Part shown: positions 63,279 through 64,000 of the stretch, one piece after another
Layout: the number at the start of each line of letters is the position of its first letter
How positions within the stretch are numbered: the first letter of the stretch is position 1
NCBI GenBank assembly: GCA_947501605.1
Contig: CANMWZ010000003.1
Location: forward strand, 64,001 to 128,000
Reading direction: 5' to 3'
Source of the DNA: Planctomycetota bacterium
GTDB taxonomy: Bacteria; Planctomycetota; UBA1135; UBA2386
Length of the DNA: 64,000 nucleotides
Position numbers and translations under genes: made by a program
Notes under the pieces: model-generated
Databases searched by the model: none
Seen by the model: only the letters and a program-made list of their open reading frames with translations
Told to the model about the DNA's origin: nothing

Positions 63279-64000
63279 CTACAACAAACCTTCGACGAGG
63301 GTCCGGATCTCGGGCTTGTCCGCCATGTCGTCGCTGAGCGAACGCGTCATGTAACTGACTGCAGCTCGAGTACGCGCGCTGAGGAAGCGGCCAACCTCGG
63401 CGCGGCTCAGCCCTTCTTGGACACACAAGAACGCGAGGACCTTGCGCGCAAGACTCACCTGCCGGCCTTGCCCCTTGCCGAGCAGGTCCGTCGAAGAGAC
63501 GCCAAGCCGCTCGCAAACGCGATCGCGAAGGCGCGTGAACGTGCGCCCCGGATCGATGAGCTCGAGGTACTTCTTCGGCAGACCACCCTCGCGCGAGCGA
63601 GCCCATGCTGCACGGATCTCAGGGAAGGTGCCGGACGCCCGTTGCGCCAGCCCTTCGATGGCCTCGGCGCGGCCGTTGCGCGACGGAGCTCCTTCGAGCG
63701 CTCGTAGATAACGGAGTCGGCCGGACGGACCTGGCGGGTCGATCTTGGTGACGAAGCCCGCCATCATCATCGTGCACAGCGACGGGTCGAGTTCGCGGAT
63801 CTCCTTGGGGTGCCAGCGCGACGCGAAGATGGTCAGCTTGCCCCCGGCTTCTCGTGCCTGCAGGAGCTGCGCCAAGAAGCTCTGCAGCCGCGGCTTGTTC
63901 GAGCAACGGTGCACTTCGTCGACGATCAACAGTGCAGGTTCCTGCAGTTCCTGTTGCAGCGATGCGACGCGTTGGTCGAGATGCACCGACTGGAAGGCCT
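63279..64000 (-). CDS. 5'-truncated divergent DnaA-like protein (partial AAA+ plus domain-IV-like HTH)
   Basis: Open to the window edge; LLIVDEVH Walker B, IFAS..HP.EI..LD..L, I.PP, and DLLG..Q...V..AR....L....LS..EVG..L..R. Confidence 0.7.
   Translation of the reverse strand, partial: AFQSVHLDQRVASLQQELQEPALLIVDEVHRCSNKPRLQSFLAQLLQAREAGGKLTIFASRWHPKEIRELDPSLCTMMMAGFVTKIDPPGPSGRLRYLRALEGAPSRNGRAEAIEGLAQRASGTFPEIRAAWARSREGGLPKKYLELIDPGRTFTRLRDRVCERLGVSSTDLLGKGQGRQVSLARKVLAFLCVQEGLSRAEVGRFLSARTRAAVSYMTRSLSDDMADKPEIRTLVEGLL

Noticed and set aside
1..64000. Mobile elements, prophage, defence systems, rRNA/tRNA
   Set aside because: No transposase, integrase, phage or cas motifs, no obvious compositional island and no RNA-gene hallmarks were seen by eye.

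Overview
A densely coding, high-GC bacterial chromosome segment with about 52 CDS, two of them cut by the window edges. It most likely comes from an uncultured Planctomycetota/PVC lineage, inferred from a Minf_1886/TIGR04138-like gene, a tandem-fused UvrA, HEAT-repeat exoproteins and a DUF1080 fusion. I saw no rRNA, tRNA, CRISPR array, transposase or integrase. Housekeeping genes include purM, dxr, rseP, cca, tsaE, thiL, thiE, corA, dacB, moaC, a ctpA-like protease, holB and tmk. Features most worth following up: (1) a translationally coupled operon of double-length UvrA, XPB/Ssl2 helicase and an XPB-binding (p52/Tfb2-like) protein; (2) a homologous C-terminal domain of about 140 aa on two unrelated enzymes, a candidate sorting or anchoring domain; (3) a four-gene cassette of an S51-like peptidase, an esterase, an ATP-grasp ligase and a second esterase; (4) a recurring TANNNT-6/7 nt-start codon pattern suggesting widespread leaderless mRNAs; (5) a richly base-paired 370-nt intergenic region; (6) a divergent DnaA paralogue; and (7) an ECF sigma factor with an unusual anti-sigma partner, TolC and a candidate autoregulatory promoter. 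All product calls come from reading motifs by eye; no searches were run. Several start codons were moved downstream of the ORF-track start using Shine-Dalgarno, stop/start overlap or motif evidence.
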